Shown: positions 1 through 10,690 of the stretch, one piece after another
Numbering within the stretch: position 1 is the stretch's first letter
Layout of the letters: each line of letters begins with the position of its first letter
From: an uncultured Eubacteriales bacterium
Lineage (GTDB): Bacteria; Bacillota; Clostridia; TANB77; CAG-508
NCBI GenBank assembly: GCA_963542845.1
Contig: CAUTZA010000003.1
Span: forward strand, 14,746 to 78,745
Reading direction: 5' to 3'
Length of the DNA stretch: 64,000 bases
Notes under the pieces: generated by a model
Database searches by the model: none
What the model saw: the letters and a program-made list of their open reading frames with translations, nothing else
Told to the model about the DNA's origin: nothing
Made by a program: the position numbers and the translations under genes

Positions 1-153
1 AAAAAATATGGTATATCTCCATATAATGTAAAAAGATTTTGGAAGAATATTGGTTATAAAGAACTCTACTTTATAACTACAAGTGGTAATACTTTAATAC
101 TTAAAATTAATAGAGATTCTTTAGACATATTTGAATTCTTAAAGAATTCAGGC

Positions 154-342
154 ATGTTTATCTGGGCAAAGGACCAATATATTAATATTAATCTAGTGAA
201 ATCAACTAGAAGATATTTTTCCAAGAAGCCGTTTAAACTTAGAATCTATTTTAAGGACAATACGAAGATCGAATTGTCCGATGATTTTCAAAATCATTAT
301 TTAAAACATTTAAATAATGAAATTCGGGCTTTAATAAATTAA
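154..342 (+). CDS. small hypothetical ORF (62 aa), weak
   Basis: Only an ORF of reasonable length on + strand at window start; no recognisable motif; followed by hairpin terminator. Confidence 0.2.
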   Translation: MFIWAKDQYININLVKSTRRYFSKKPFKLRIYFKDNTKIELSDDFQNHYLKHLNNEIRALIN

Positions 343-364
343 ATTAAATGAAATAAATTACATT

Positions 365-409
365 ACCCTCACAAATTGTTATATAATAATTTGTGAGGGT
401 TTTCCTTTT
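365..409 (+). terminator. rho-independent terminator (possibly bidirectional)
   Basis: Perfect inverted repeat ccctcacaaatt...aatttgtgaggg followed by ttttcctttt. Confidence 0.5.
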
Positions 410-410
410 A

Positions 411-2505
411 TTATATTATCTCCTTGTTATACCTATATATTTTCATACTATCTTCTGAATAGTCTGGATTAGATAAGTCTTTTTTTATAAGTTTAGATAT
501 TTCATATATGAATAATTGTGAATATATTAATAGTTCTAAAATACCATTATTATTTTCTTCATCTGCTTCTAGTATTATAATATTTTTCCCATATATACTT
601 AAATATTTTAATAATTCATTATCATATTTAGTATCTTTTTTTAATTTTAAATATATTTGTACATCTGATGGATATTTTTCAAGTGTTATAAATCTTCCAT
701 GTGAGAAGTTTTTCTTTTCATGTGTTGCACATCTAAATATACCTGTTTCTACTATTTTTGATTCTAAATCACACATAATAGTCTTTGTATAATTATCATA
801 ATATATATCTATAATATTATTTTTCTTAAATGCTTTTTTTAATCCTTCATTATTTTCAATAAAATAGTTTTCTACTTTTTCTTTTTGTTTTTCAAATTGT
901 TTTTTGAATAATTCCAATATATCTTCTTTATTCTTTTTTTCTACTAACATATGCATAATTAATGCTGGTACTATTATTCCTTCTATAGAAAGGAATCCTC
1001 TTTCTTTAGTGCTTTGATTATTATATGATATTATCCTTACCTTAGATATATCTACATTACTTTCTTTTAAGCTAATTTTCAAATCTTCTTCATTTGCTTT
1101 TGTTACAATATATGCCTTATTATACTTACCATTCAATAGTTGTACTATTTCAGGACTACTTCCTGAATATGAAAAACATATTATATTTAAATATTCCATA
1201 TATTTTTCTGTATTTGTTTCTAAATATTCCTTCGGAAACATTGTTTGTATATCAACTCCAAAAGTATTATTAATAATTGTTTTTGTATATTCTGATGGTA
1301 TGCTTGAGCCTCCTGAACCTATACATATATATTTTTGATTTTTATTAGTTTCTAGATCTTTTAATAATTCTAATCCTGCTTCTGCTTTTTCATTATAATT
1401 TAATAATGCACTTTCTGCTCTTTCTTCTAACTTCTCAATAGCATTTTTAAGCTTATGTGTATTTTTTTCTTTTACACTCTTTGTTTCATCACATATATTA
1501 TTTTCAATCCCTAAAAATTCATCACTTGGTTTCTTTAGCTCAATTTCTTTTCTAGCTCCTAGCTTTTCTACTAGTCCATATATATCATTATTTGCTCTAT
1601 CATATACTTTTTCTAGCTCATTCTTAGTAAATATTATATTCCCTTTTTTTCTTTCTATATTATATTCTCTTATTATTGTTTCAAAAATATAATGTGCGAA
1701 AAGTAAGTCTCCTGCTCCTGATGGATCTTTTTCATTATTATTAATATTATTATTTCTTAATATATATTCTTTATCACCATTTAAAATTATAATTTCTTCT
1801 TTCCCTCTTGTTATTATAATCATATCTGTTTTAAATATTTCTTTAAGTCCATTATAATTATTATATTCAAATCTTTTTACAAGATAATCTGCAACTCTTT
1901 TGTTTAAATTTACCATATAGTAATTTCTTGTTAATACTTCCTTTAAATTAATTACAGACATATATCTAAATCCCGCTATTTGTCCTAAATCTAAACATAT
2001 TTTTCCGCTCTACACTATCTATATATTTCATAATATTTCTAAAGTTTTTACTAATATTGTCAAAAATATATATATTATCTTTTCCTAATAATTCTTTATT
2101 TATCTTTTCTTTTACTAAACTTGTAGAATACCATGTTTCTTTTTTAGTTATACAGTTCTTTTTCTTACTTGCAATAACTTTATCTTTATCATCTAAATAT
2201 ATGTAGAATTTTCTTGTATTCTTCTTTTCTTTTTCAAGAATATACTTTGTTTCTATATTATTTTCTTTTAATTCATTAATAATAATATTTCCTGAAATAT
2301 CTTTACCACATGCTCCATATATAATTGTTTCAAAATCTATCTTTTTATCTTCACTATTACTAGTATAACTATTATTATAATCTTTTAATAATCTAGATAT
2401 ATTATATATAATATTTGAAAAAGACATTCCTCCTGTAATCCCTATAATTTCTTTTTCATTCATATATACATCTAAAACTAAATCACCAATTCCTATTATT
2501 TTCAT
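411..2505 (-). CDS. PfkB-family carbohydrate kinase fused to a C-terminal SIS (sugar isomerase)-domain region; interrupted by one +1 frameshift (~2007)
   Basis: ORF 1966..2505 begins MKIIGIGDLVLDVY (PfkB N-term); ORF 411..1961 contains DPSGAGDLLFAHYI (PfkB GAGD anion-hole motif) then IGSGGSSIPSEY / FSYSGSSPEI SIS-like motifs; deleting one C at ~2007 joins the two ORFs in frame. Confidence 0.55.
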
Positions 2506-2525
2506 ACTTTTCCCTTTATTATTTT

Positions 2526-3207
2526 CTATATATTATATATCCGATCTTCTATATCATATAGTTTTGCATTATATTTACCACTATATATTAGTTCTTGTAT
2601 AAGCTCTCTTAAATGTCTTACTATTGTTCTATGTTTCTTCTCATTATAATCTCCGAAGTACATATCCTGCAAAAAGTACATTATCTAATATAATAATACC
2701 ACTATCATTTAAAAGATTTTTACATATATTAAAATAATCTAAATATTTACTCTTATTTGCATCTATAAACACTATATCATATTTGTTATTACAAATATCT
2801 ACTTTTTTTCCTGTTTCATCTTCAGTGTTTTCTTGTAATAACTTAAATGCATCTCCTAAATACATATTAATCCTATTTTTCACATTACTTTCACACATAT
2901 CTAACTTTTCAATATTATCTTTAGCAATATCATACATTTTTTTACTTTTTTCAATAGTATCTATAATAATATTATTACCTATACTTGCCATATTTATACT
3001 TGAATATGCTATAGCAGTACCTAGTTCCAATATTCGTATTACTCTTTTATTCTTTTCTTTTTCTTCAACCTTTTCTTTAACTAAATTTAATATAACAGAA
3101 AGTGTCTGCTTTCTAACAATTGGTACATTATTATTTTTAGCAAACACTTCCATTTCTTTTAAGTATTTAGTTATATAATCATTTTCCATTATATAATCTT
3201 CTTTCAT
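2526..3207 (-). CDS. class I SAM-dependent O-methyltransferase (caffeoyl-CoA OMT/YrrM-like); +1 frameshift ~2655
   Basis: LELGTAIAYSSI ... DIVFIDANKSKYLDYF ... IILDNVLFAGYVL motifs; C-terminal 40 aa restored by removing one C at ~2655. Confidence 0.6.
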
Positions 3208-3209
3208 TA

Positions 3210-5046
3210 TTATTTTTTGCTTCTACTTGCTCTTTCTCTTTCCTTATTGTTCAAGATTTTCTTTCTTAAACGTATATTTTCTGGAGTTACTTCTACATTT
3301 TCATCATCTGCTATAAACTCTATAGCTTTTTCTAATGAAAATTGTAGTGGTGGAACTAAGTTAAGTGCATCATCAGATCCTGATGCTCTAGTATTTGTTA
3401 AGTGTTTTTCTTTACATACATTTATAGCTAAGTCTTCATTTCTTGAATTTATACCTACTATCATTCCTTCATACACATCAACACCTGGTCCTATTAAAAG
3501 TTCTCCTTTGTCTTGTGCATTAAATAATCCATATGCTACAGATTTACCATTTTCAAATGCTACTATTGTTCCTCTTGTTCTTGATTGTATATCCCCCTTA
3601 TATGGTGCATATTCTTCAAATACATGGTTAAGTGTTCCATTTCCTCTTGTATCTGTTAAGAATTCTGCTCTATATCCTATAAGTCCGGCGTGCTGGTATT
3701 AAGAATTCTACTCTTGTAAAATCACCTTCACCTGGCTTCATATCAATCATTTCACCTTTTCTTCTTCCCATTTTTTCTATAACTGATCCGATTGTTTCAG
3801 ATGGTGCATCAATAACTACTTTTTCTATTGGTTCTGATAATACTCCATTTATTTCTTTCATTATAACTTTAGGTCTTGATACTATAAGCTCAAATCCTTC
3901 TCTTCTCATATTTTCTATTAATACTGTTAAATGAAGTTCTCCTCTTCCTGCTACTTCAAAAGAATCTGGAAATTCTGTTTCTTTTACTCTTAATGAAATA
4001 TTCCTTTCCATTTCTTTCATAAGTCTATCTCTTAAATGTCTTGATGTTATAAACTTACCTTCTTTACCTGCAAAAGGTCCATTGTTTACACTAAATGTCA
4101 TAGAAACTGTTGGTTCATCAATATCTACAAAATCAATTTTTTCAATCGCATTTTCATCACATATTGTTTCCCCAATATTTATATTATTTATACCTGAAAG
4201 AGTTATAATATCTCCTGCTTGTCCTTCTTCTACTGTAACCTTATTTAATCCTTGATATACTTCAATTTTAGTAATTGCAGCTTTTTCTATCTTATCATCT
4301 CTTTTACAAATTGCGACTTGCATTCCTTTTTTGATTGTTCCTCTTTCAACTCTACCTACCGCAATTCTTCCTACATAGTCATCATAATCTATGTTTGAAA
4401 CAAGCATTTGTAATGTTCCATCCATATCACAATTTGGTGCATCAATATTTGTTATAATTGATTCAAAAAGTGGTGTTAAATCACTGTCTGGATCTTCCAT
4501 ATTCACTTTAGATATACCATTTTTTGCTGATGCATATATTACTGGAAAATCTAATTGATCATCATCTGCTCCTAGTTCTATAAACAGTTCTAATACTCCA
4601 TCTACTGCTTTTTCTGGATTTGCTCCTGGTCTATCAATCTTGTTTACTACAACTATAGGTTTTAATCCCAAACTTAATGATTTTTTAAGTACTGTTCTTG
4701 TTTGTGGCATTGTTCCTTCATATGCGTCTACTAAAAGAAGTACACCATCAACCATTTTAAGTACTCTTTCTACTTCTCCACCAAAGTCAGCATGTCCTGG
4801 AGTATCTACTATATTTATTTTTATATCCTTATACATTACTGATGTATTTTTAGCTAAAATTGTAATCCCTCTTTCTTTTTCTTGTGCATCTGAGTCCATT
4901 ACTCTTTCATCTACTTGTTCATTTATTCTAAATACACCACTTTGTTTTAATAATTCATTTACTAGTGTTGTTTTTCCATGGTCAACATGGGCTATTATTG
5001 CTATATTTCTTATTTTTTCGTTTCTTCTCATATTTCCTTCTTTCAC
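3210..5046 (-). CDS. typA: translational GTPase BipA/TypA; +1 frameshift ~3687 splits it into ORFs 3670..5046 and 3210..3476
   Basis: AIIAHVDHGKTTLV, DTPGHADFGGEVER, NKIDRPGA G-motifs; C-terminal ORF MYEGMIVGINSRNEDL...LTNTRASGSD matches BipA C-term; single C deletion (CGC[C]GGACTT) gives continuous 611-aa BipA. Confidence 0.9.
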
Positions 5047-5154
5047 TTAATTCTTTAATATTTTAGCATTTTTTCACAGTTTTTTCAAATCATGTTATTA
5101 AAGAACTAACAAGTTTACAAACTAAATAACACGGTAACTAGCAAAATTACAATC

Positions 5155-6082
5155 CTATAATTCTTTAATATGTTTAAATATATTTTTTAATCTAGTTCTA
5201 CTATAACTTTTATCACAATTATATATCTTCATTTTTGTATTTTTGTTCTTCATTCCTATCTTAGATACAATATATTTTTTGTAATATTCCTCATCTGATA
5301 AAAGAAAATATTTAGGAATTTTTCCTTCTTCTATCCTTATATATTCATTATAATGTTCTATGCTATATGAAATATCAATATTATACCAATTACCATCTAT
5401 CTTAACTTGATTCCATGCATGTGCTACTTCTTTTTCTTTTCCTATTTTAAAATATCCTATACATATATTTGATTCTATCCCTATATATTCTAATAGCATT
5501 TTAAATATATATGAAAAACCTGTACACACTGTTTTTTTAGTAAATATTCCTTCTAATGTTTGTGTCCTAAATATTTTTCTTTGCTCTAATATAGTTAAAT
5601 TATTAAAACCTATTTTTTTCGATTTTTTATCAAGATTTAAATATTCATAATCATATGAAATATTTTTAAATATATAATTATATACAACAAAAACCTTTTC
5701 TATATCACTTTGTATTTTATTTTTCTTAATATATCTTGTTAATTTATCTCCAACTGTTCGTACCTTATTCAAAGCTCTTTCAAATCTTGGTAAATAATGT
5801 TCTACTATATCTAAATCTTCAAAATATACTCTTACTTGTATATTACCATAACTATTTTTTCTTAAATCATCAAACATTCCGAGTATTATAATCCTTAATA
5901 CTCTTCATATCTATTTCTATTAAACATATATTATCTAGTGTATTTAATACTTTTTTTCTTATATTTAAATCATTTAAATACTCATATATATCATTTCCTA
6001 TAAATTCTAATACAATATCTCTTTTCTTTATTTTTTCATTTCTTTCAACTTTGCCTATATATTCATACAAATTTAACATCAT
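5155..6082 (-). CDS. transglutaminase-like cysteine peptidase domain protein; +1 frameshift ~5881
   Basis: CTGFSYIFKMLLEYIGI...HAWNQVKIDGNWYNID (Cys-His-Asp transglutaminase-like core); ORFs 5870..6082 and 5155..5877 join after deleting one C (ACT[C]GGAATG). Confidence 0.5.
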
Positions 6083-6169
6083 ACCTTTCTCCTTTTTAAA
6101 AAGAACTAGATAATAAGATATCCAGTCCTCTTTATTTGATTTATATTATATATTTTACTACTTTCTTTT

Positions 6170-6598
6170 CTATTTTGATTCATTCTTACTTGTATTTTTA
6201 GTATATAAGTATACTAAGTATTGCACAATACTATATATAATTGTGTATATCACAAAATATATTATAAATCCATTAAATGTATGTTGCATCCAAAAACATA
6301 AATATGCTACAACTAATGCAACTGGTATTACAAATGCATATTGTATCAAAAATGCTTTTAAAGGCTTATATCCTTTTTCCCAAACTTTTGCTGTTAATTC
6401 AAAATATATACCTAAAAGTCCTGATAATACAAATTGAAATATTGTAGCATTAAAGGAATTTCCCATCATTTGATTTAATCCTGGTGCTGTATGTGCATAA
6501 TTTTCCGTTGTACCATATATTATGTTTATAGCTATTCCTACTACATTTGTTATAAGGATACCTATTGCAAATGATATTATCACCCTATTTAATTTCAC
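6170..6598 (-). CDS. hypothetical polytopic membrane protein (142 aa)
   Basis: Four hydrophobic helices; no recognisable catalytic motif. Confidence 0.35.
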   Translation of the reverse strand: MKLNRVIISFAIGILITNVVGIAINIIYGTTENYAHTAPGLNQMMGNSFNATIFQFVLSGLLGIYFELTAKVWEKGYKPLKAFLIQYAFVIPVALVVAYLCFWMQHTFNGFIIYFVIYTIIYSIVQYLVYLYTKNTSKNESK

Positions 6599-6696
6599 GT
6601 TTTTCCCTTTCTTTTTTTACATTAATAAAAAAAGGTCGAATAAAATTAATTATAGAACCTTCTTTCACATATATTTTTCTATTTTTGCTATTATTA

Positions 6697-7062
6697 TTAT
6701 TTAGTTATTTTTCTATATAAAGCTATTGCTACAACTGCTAATACTGATACTCCGTATAATACAACATTACTTGTTCCTGCTTTTGGTAAAGAAGTTTCAG
6801 GTTTTGTTGTAGAAGATACTAATGGTGTTTCACTACTTGTACTTGAAGTTGTTCCTGTAGATGATACAGGTGTAGGTGTAGTTGTTGATCCTGCTCCAGT
6901 TGTTGGAGTTATTGTTCCTGTAGGTGCTGGAGTTACAGTTGTACTTGTTCCAACTCCTGTATTTGAACCTGTTGGTGTTAATGATAATCCAGTTGTTGCA
7001 AATGTTTGCATACCAATTAACATTATTATCGCTACTGTAAGTGCTACTATTTTTTTCTTCAT
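6697..7062 (-). CDS. small LPXTG-anchored Thr/Ser/Pro-rich cell-wall surface protein
   Basis: N-terminal signal peptide MKKKIVALTVAIIMLIGMQTFA; T/S/P-rich low-complexity linker; C-terminal LPKAG + hydrophobic segment + RK tail (sortase signal). Confidence 0.6.
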   Translation of the reverse strand: MKKKIVALTVAIIMLIGMQTFATTGLSLTPTGSNTGVGTSTTVTPAPTGTITPTTGAGSTTTPTPVSSTGTTSSTSSETPLVSSTTKPETSLPKAGTSNVVLYGVSVLAVVAIALYRKITK

Positions 7063-7186
7063 ATTACTCTCTCCTTTGTATATTTGTTTCCTGATTTCAA
7101 TACATAAATATTAACACTTGAAAAAATCTTTTTCAACTTTTGCTACATAATATTACATTTTTTTACTAAAATTTAACATTTCTATT

Positions 7187-8897
7187 TTATACTGTTTTTT
7201 CTAGTATCTCTGCAAGTCTTTCATATAGTCTGTCTACACTTATTTCTTCTCTTTCTCCAGTTTTTCTTACCTTAATTTCTACAATTCCTTCATCTGCTTT
7301 TCTTCCAACTATAATTTGTACTGGAATTCCAATTAAATCTGCATCATTAAATTTAACTCCAGGTCTTTCTATTCTATCATCATAAAGTACTTCACATTTA
7401 TTTTCTATTAACTTACTATATATCTTTTCTGATAGTTCCTTTTGAACGTCTTTTTTCATATCTAAACATACTAAATGTACTAAATATGGTGCTATAGCTT
7501 TTGGCCAAATTATACCATTTTCATCATTGTTTTGTTCAATTATTGCTGCTATAAGTCTTGAAACTCCAATACCATAACATCCCATTATATATGGTTTTAA
7601 TTTTCCATTTTCATCTAAATATGTACCATTCATTTTTTCTGAGTATATTGTTCCTAGTTTAAATATTTGTCCTATTTCTATTCCTTTTGCAAATTTAACT
7701 TTTCCGTGAACCATCTTCTGATATTTCACCTTCTGATATTTCTCTTAAATCATAATATCCTTCAACATCATAATCATTATTATTAACATTTATATAATGA
7801 TAATTTTCCTTATTTGCACCTACAGTATAGTTTTTCATATATTTTATAGCATTGTCTGCAAATATTTTAATATCTTTTCCAAGTCCAATCGGCCCCATAA
7901 ATCCATCAAATGATAAGTATATATCTTGTATTTCTTTTACTTCTGTCATTTCATAGTCTGATATTCCTAAATATTTTTTAACCTTAACTTCATTTAGAGT
8001 ATGGTCTCCTCTTAATAGTATTAGATAATATCCTTTTTCATCTTTTATAGCTATTGATTTTACAGTTTCTTTTTCATCACATTTTAAAAATTCTGCTAAA
8101 TCTCTTATAGTCTTAACATGTGGTGTTTCTACTAATTCTTTTTGTTTTAAACTTGCATTACTCATTTCATAATTTTTTTCAGAAACCCCTGCCATTTCAA
8201 TATTTGCCGCATAATTACTTTCATCTGTATATACTATTGTATCTTCACCTATTTCCGCTAATGCTTGAAACTCATGTGTATTACTTCCACCAATATTTCC
8301 TGAATCAGCTTCAACTGCTCTGTACTTTAGACCACATTTGTCAAAAATATTTGAATAAGTTGTATACATATCATTATATGTCTTATCTAATGATTCTTGA
8401 CTTGAGTGGAATGAATACGCATCTTTCATTATAAATTCTTTACATCTTAAAAGTCCAAGTCTTGGTCTTATTTCATCTCTGAATTTAGTTTGTATTTGGT
8501 ATAAATTAATAGGTAGGTTCTTATATGAAGTTATCATATTTCTTACAGCTTGTACTATCATTTCTTCTGCTGTTGGACTCATTGCATATTCTTGATCTTT
8601 TCTATCCTTAACTCTTATAAGTTCTGGCCCCATTTTTTTCCATCTACCTGATTCTTCCCAATATTCTTTTGATTGTAGTATTGGCATTAGAAGCTCTGTT
8701 GCTCCTATTTTTTCATGTTCTTCCCTTATAATATTCTTAATCTTTTCAAGTACCCTATTTGCTAGAGGTAAATATGTATATATTCCTGCTGATATTTGTT
8801 TTATCATACCCGCCTTTATAAGATATTTGTGGCTTATTGCCTCTGCATCTCCTGGCATTTCTCTTTCTGTTGGTATAAATGTATTTGTTTGTCTCAT
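7187..8897 (-). CDS. proS: prolyl-tRNA synthetase; +1 frameshift ~7706
   Basis: Class II aaRS motifs, C-terminal anticodon-binding [29 protein letters not shown]; fragments 7695..8897 and 7187..7729 join by deleting one C (TCA[C]GGAAAA). Confidence 0.9.
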
Positions 8898-8938
8898 ATG
8901 CTTTCCCTCCTAGTTATAACAATAAGTTTAGCACAATA

Positions 8939-9601
8939 TTACATATCTTTCAATTTTTTTATTGCATCTGAGCTATTCTTTTCTATAGTTATCCCAAAAC
9001 TTTCAAGTCCACCTATAACATATTGATTATATCCATATGGTATATGTATATCACTATATTCCCCTGCTGTTGCAATTCTAATATCTGAATTATGTGCTAC
9101 TATTTTTCTTTCTTTTATTCCCATTTTAGCAATATTTTTTAAAACATTTGCCTGTACATTTCCTATTATTTCTTTTCTTTTTTCAATTTCTTCATCTGTT
9201 AAATTCATTTTAACTTCTGAACAATGACAATCATTACATGAACAATGCTTACAATCATCACATGATGCAATTCCCATATTTTCTAGTTCTTGTTTTAATG
9301 CTGCTTCTATTACTTTTCTAGATATTTCAACACCTAGTGCAATACCTAGCTCCATTGCAACGCCTAAATCTTCTCTTGATAGATCTGCAAGCATGTAATC
9401 TGATTTTAATACATAATCTGTATCTAAAGAAAATATATCTTTTGCTGACGGTAGTTTTGACTTATCATTAACAGGTGCTTCTATAGGGTTATACCATTCA
9501 ACTTCTGGCATTTTTTCTCTTAATGCTCTTCCTTCACTTATTCTTTGTGCTATTTCTCCTTCATTAAAAAGAGCTCCTGCAATATATCCATTTTTCTTCA
9601 T
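8939..9601 (-). CDS. hypothetical protein, nucleoside 2-deoxyribosyltransferase-like N-terminus with Cys-rich segment
   Basis: MKKNGYIAGALFNEGE resembles deoxyribosyltransferase start; CDDCKHCSCNDCHC cluster. Confidence 0.3.
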   Translation of the reverse strand: MKKNGYIAGALFNEGEIAQRISEGRALREKMPEVEWYNPIEAPVNDKSKLPSAKDIFSLDTDYVLKSDYMLADLSREDLGVAMELGIALGVEISRKVIEAALKQELENMGIASCDDCKHCSCNDCHCSEVKMNLTDEEIEKRKEIIGNVQANVLKNIAKMGIKERKIVAHNSDIRIATAGEYSDIHIPYGYNQYVIGGLESFGITIEKNSSDAIKKLKDM

Positions 9602-9796
9602 ATCTTTCCTCCTAAATAACTTTTATAGTTATAACTTTATCTTTAAATTAAAATTTTACTAATATATTTTAATTATATATTTCATCCTAATTTCTTGCAA
9701 TAATTTCTGCTCAATTTAATATATATAATATATAACCCAAAATAGAGGCATATATACAAAAAGAATAGAAACTTAAATAGTCTCTATTCTTAAAAT

Positions 9797-10186
9797 TTAT
9801 TCTATTTTTTCTATTTGGATTTGAATTTTATGTTTTCTGTTAACTTTATATTCTTGTTTGAATATTTCTATTTCTTTGTTAGTATCCAACTGATATATAT
9901 TGCTTTCTTCCTCAATTTCTGGATTAATTTCTGTAGAATTACCGACAATATATGTATCAATAAAGTCGACAGTATTAGGAAATATTCTAATTTTGTATCT
10001 CCCTTTTTTTAGAACATACAGCAAATATCCTTTACTATTCTTTTTAAGAGTTATTGTTTTTGTTTCTTTTACAATATAATTTCTATTCCGATAACTCTTA
10101 TCCTTCGAATAGATTACGTTAGATAACATTACTGACACTATTAGTATCAACATCACTTTTAAAATTCTTCTCATAATAGACCACAT
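9797..10186 (-). CDS. small secreted hypothetical protein (paralog of next gene); contains a normally read in-frame CGG codon
   Basis: Signal peptide MRRILKVMLILIVSVMLSNVIYS; alignable to 10189..10608 product (YIVKETKTITL vs FVVTKTTILNI). Confidence 0.4.
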   Translation of the reverse strand: MWSIMRRILKVMLILIVSVMLSNVIYSKDKSYRNRNYIVKETKTITLKKNSKGYLLYVLKKGRYKIRIFPNTVDFIDTYIVGNSTEINPEIEEESNIYQLDTNKEIEIFKQEYKVNRKHKIQIQIEKIE

Positions 10187-10188
10187 CC

Positions 10189-10608
10189 TTATTTAATATT
10201 TTTAGTTTTTGTTACCTTAACAAACAGCTTTCCTCTAGTTGTTGTAGTTATATATCCTTGGATATACTTTTCATCCAGAATTTTCACATTAAACTTATAA
10301 TACATTGGTTTAATTTGACTCGGTGCCAATGCATTTTGTTCCCATTCATTATATACATAGTCTGCATTTGTAATGCAATCGTCTAAATGCATATTGCTTT
10401 TCTTATTCAGACTATATATTTCTATTATATAGCTACCTTTAGGTAATTTATATCTTATGATGCCCGAAGTGTATCTAGGAATATTTAAAATAGTAGTTTT
10501 TGTCACTACAAAATCCTTTTGTTGTCTTGAACCTTCTGCTAGAAGGTTATTTTTATTCGCTATCAGTGCCATAAGCACAACAAATCCTGTTAATATCTTT
10601 CTTCTCAT
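10189..10608 (-). CDS. small secreted hypothetical protein (paralog)
   Basis: Signal peptide MRRKILTGFVVLMALIANKNNLLA; similar to neighbour. Confidence 0.4.
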   Translation of the reverse strand: MRRKILTGFVVLMALIANKNNLLAEGSRQQKDFVVTKTTILNIPRYTSGIIRYKLPKGSYIIEIYSLNKKSNMHLDDCITNADYVYNEWEQNALAPSQIKPMYYKFNVKILDEKYIQGYITTTTRGKLFVKVTKTKNIK

Positions 10609-10690
10609 TTATACCACTCCTTTTTGCACTAATTAGTGCTAAAATTTATTATTAATATTTTTCAATATAAAATTATTATATCATCGTTTG

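Noticed and set aside
5870-6082. Separate 70-aa gene upstream of the transglutaminase-like ORF
   Set aside because: It overlaps the downstream ORF start by 8 nt, and a single C deletion (ACT[C]GGAATG) fuses both into one protein, the same lesion type as elsewhere.
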